Of a stretch of 64,000 nucleotides of DNA, positions 61,394 through 64,000 are shown in pieces. The position numbers were made by a program, and so were the translations under genes. Origin of the DNA: Nitrosopumilus sp. Lineage in GTDB: Archaea > Thermoproteota > Nitrososphaeria > Nitrososphaerales > Nitrosopumilaceae. The notes beneath the pieces are model-generated. The model was given only the letters and a program-made list of their open reading frames with translations, searched no databases and was not told the DNA's origin. Each line of letters starts with the position of its first letter. Position 1 is the first letter of the stretch. Where the stretch lies: the NCBI GenBank assembly GCA_965207445.1, contig CBDBLX010000002.1:1815849-1879848 (forward strand), written 5' to 3'.

Positions 61394-61720
61394 TTGAAAA
61401 AGGAATTCATAGTGCAAAGCATAGATGGCTCACATGACGGATCTCCGTATGTAATAGTCTCACTTGCATCATCAAAGGATTTCAAGGAAGGTATAGATGT
61501 CAACCCACAACCACCATACAGCAGTCCAAAAGTAATGGGGTTTACAAACATGAACGACATGATGAAAGACATCAACAAGATGCTAACAGGTGGGGCACCA
61601 GGAGGAATGGCAGGACTCACACAGATGAAGCTTGATATGCACGAGTACAAGAGTATGGGACTATCAGTAGGTGACAAAGTCACACTAGAATTAAAGAAAG
61701 AAGAACAACTTGGAATATAA
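61394..61720 (+). CDS. Hypothetical protein
   Basis: 108-aa ORF ending in EYKSMGLSVGDKVTLEL, with a TATA-like box upstream. Confidence 0.72.
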   Translation: MKKEFIVQSIDGSHDGSPYVIVSLASSKDFKEGIDVNPQPPYSSPKVMGFTNMNDMMKDINKMLTGGAPGGMAGLTQMKLDMHEYKSMGLSVGDKVTLELKKEEQLGI

Positions 61721-61860
61721 CAGTATTGTTATAAATGACAACGATAATAATTACAAAAAATCTCATTATTTATCAATATTATAATACCAATTGTTATAAA
61801 ATATATGTAATATTATATATATAATTTTATATATAATATCATATACATAATTTCACATAT

Positions 61861-61963
61861 ATAATGCCATGCACATAATGCCATGCACATAATGCCATGC
61901 ACATAATGCCATGCACATAATGCCATGCACATAATGCCATGCACATAATGTCATGCACATAAT
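61861..61963. repeat. 14-bp tandem repeat x7 (ATAATGCCATGCAC)
   Basis: Six perfect units, one with a single change, no spacers. Confidence 0.96.
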
Positions 61964-61976
61964 ATTATACATACAG

Positions 61977-62567
61977 TCAGATTATAGTTGTTATATACTT
62001 CCATCCATACAACAGACCAATAGTTGCAACGACAAAGAGCATTGGCTTCCAAGCAAACACAGGTAAACTGGGCGTGGCAAGTTTTATCTTGTAATTATCA
62101 GATATGATACGCACATTTTTCCGTATGCGATTGTGCCATATACTATAATCTATATGATATCGCTTTAGTATGTCTGCGACCTCATATACAACAGGTGTTC
62201 TCTGTGAGAACAGATGCTGCAAATAGTCTCTAGAGACCTCAACTTCGGCATGTATTCCAATCAGACCTTTTTTAAGATCAACCATACGAATGTGCATCTC
62301 CCAAGGTTTCTTGAGTTTAAGATTAAATCCATGTCCAATTTGATCGGGTTGTTTATGCTCAAACTTGACTTTTGTAAATCCCTCTTGTGCAAATATCTTT
62401 GATAGCTCATCAAAGCTCTTTTTAACTACAATGTGTAATTGCTCAACGCCTTCTTGTGAGTCTGCTTGCACCTTGTGCTTTAATCCATCAAAAAATGAAA
62501 TGGTCTTCGGGTATTTAGTCATATATTCCATATATGGCACTCCATACAGATTAATCACAAAGACCAT
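61977..62567 (-). CDS. Hypothetical protein with C-terminal TM helix
   Basis: 196-aa ORF. KPWEMHIR and HAEVEVSRDYLQHL look conserved. Start may be a later Met. Confidence 0.72.
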   Translation of the reverse strand: MVFVINLYGVPYMEYMTKYPKTISFFDGLKHKVQADSQEGVEQLHIVVKKSFDELSKIFAQEGFTKVKFEHKQPDQIGHGFNLKLKKPWEMHIRMVDLKKGLIGIHAEVEVSRDYLQHLFSQRTPVVYEVADILKRYHIDYSIWHNRIRKNVRIISDNYKIKLATPSLPVFAWKPMLFVVATIGLLYGWKYITTII

Positions 62568-63148
62568 ATTTAAAGCAGAAAGATTGCATATACAATTTGG
62601 CAGTAAATAACTGATTTTGATCGTGTTGTTTGTAAAATTTGTTGTAGCTCTAGTTATAATGAGATGTTTAATTTCATATAACTCATAATCAGTAATGAGG
62701 GGGTGTAGGATGCCAAGTATGTGAGCCTGCCTGATATCTTTGAGTTTTTGTGATGTGGCTTGCCCAGGGATTAAGATGCAAGTAGGTGAGTCCGTGTATC
62801 TGCGGCATTTGAAATATGACTTGAGTACATTTTAGTTACTAGGCATATACACAAACAACTAGGCGACTTTTTACTTGCCTTTGTATTTGGTTTTTTACTT
62901 TTAAAATTTATACCACAACTCATTAATATGATTATAAAAATAATATTCAAAACCAGTGACCAAACACACATTCTAGTGATTGTTGCCAAGTTATTTTCTG
63001 TCACATGTGTGGTACATGTCATATCCCAGTGTATAAGAGAAGAGAGGGTAGAGTCATATTAGATTATTGTGCAAAGAGGCACCACGTCTAGTAGGTAATC
63101 AAATCACCAAGTCAATGTCAAACTAAACAGATAATCATCGCAGAGATC

Positions 63149-63236
63149 TAAAATAGCAACAATTCACAACACATCACATATAATAAAATAGCAACAATTC
63201 ACAACACATCACATATAATAAAATAGCAACAACTCA
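63149..63236. repeat. 35-bp tandem repeat x2.5 at the cofE 3' end
   Basis: TAAAATAGCAACAATTCACAACACATCACATATAA repeated. Confidence 0.92.
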
Positions 63237-64000
63237 TAATACATCATCACCACATGCAGAAAGACCTCGAACATACACACACTGATCAACTGACACCATA
63301 GTAGCATGAGGGTTTGGACGCTTACTAGTCAACTCTATGGCAGAACCACGCACTATAACAAATGGTCTTGATTCTGCACCCTCACCCATTGCATGATTTG
63401 CAATAGTGGCAATATTATCAGATGTTGCCTGAAACGTGACTTTGAGTGGATTTCCATCAAGATCAATTTTTGAGCGATTATCCGCAACAGGATTTAATCC
63501 TGCATGTGCTACTGCTACTGCTGATGTTCCCACACGAGTAGGCATCAGTCTACTATCTGCAAGTATCACTCCCACCATTACACCAAAACAGAGAAATATC
63601 TTGCGTCTGAGCATCTCAGCAGTCTCAAATGGTGATGAGGGATACAAAATTACATTACCTTTTTTAGCATTTGATGCATCAATACCAGCATTTGGTGCAA
63701 GGATCCCACGAGAGTACAGATCATACAGTCGCATATGAGATACAGGTGACAGTTTAGTGTGAGGATCAGATTGTCTCAATACACCATTCTCATCCACATG
63801 TAATGGTTCTGGTGCCAACGGTGCAAATGGAACTGATTCGGTTATAAGAAAACCTGCCATCCCACCAAACAATATAGCAGATTCACGCAGTATGACTTCG
63901 GATATCTTTGTAGACATTGCATACTTTTTTGATAAATGTACAGCAGATTTTGAATCGTGTATATCATCGATGTGTATTATACGCCCCTGAGAATAGGATA
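63234..64000 (-). CDS. cofE: Coenzyme F420-0:L-glutamate ligase family (5'-partial)
   Basis: PNAGIDASN, GVILADS, R.G, DLDGNPLKVT, MGEGAESRP. Frame is open to the window end (SYSQGRII...). Confidence 0.88.
   Translation of the reverse strand, partial: SYSQGRIIHIDDIHDSKSAVHLSKKYAMSTKISEVILRESAILFGGMAGFLITESVPFAPLAPEPLHVDENGVLRQSDPHTKLSPVSHMRLYDLYSRGILAPNAGIDASNAKKGNVILYPSSPFETAEMLRRKIFLCFGVMVGVILADSRLMPTRVGTSAVAVAHAGLNPVADNRSKIDLDGNPLKVTFQATSDNIATIANHAMGEGAESRPFVIVRGSAIELTSKRPNPHATMVSVDQCVYVRGLSACGDDVL

Noticed and set aside
61861..61963. Possible CRISPR array
   Set aside because: 14-bp units are contiguous with no spacers and no cas genes nearby. It is a simple tandem repeat, as are those at 32916, 43970 and 63149.

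Overview
Archaeal chromosomal window, very probably from a Nitrosopumilaceae-type thaumarchaeon. This is inferred from the protein sequences, the rpl18-rps5-rpl30-rpl15-secY-adk-DUF106-cmk-cbf5 order without L34e/L14e, an intron-containing tRNA-Ser and TATA-type promoters. A housekeeping backbone (dtdA, ogt, rpl19e/rpl32e, pckA, asd, sod, pfdA-ftsY-argF, ribosomal cluster, 2-hydroxyacid dehydrogenase, 2-oxoacid:ferredoxin oxidoreductase, cofE) is heavily invaded by mobile DNA, about 11 kb by my boundary sums. That comprises two single-ORF IS66-type elements, two ISH3-type copies, one IS630-type element, an IS5-like remnant, two deletion derivatives of an IS6-like element, and seven copies of an unannotated 81-bp inverted-repeat element. 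Two genes split by IS insertions can be rebuilt exactly. The most unusual block is 11.4-18.8 kb: a divergent glmS abuts a cassette (split cobalamin-dependent methionine synthase, two zinc-ribbon microproteins, a multi-HTH protein) bracketed by the two IS6-like derivatives. Microsatellites, short tandem duplications and Asn/Ser/Asp-rich insertions occur even inside ribosomal proteins, which suggests a host-associated genome under relaxed selection (inference). No CRISPR array or rRNA was seen.
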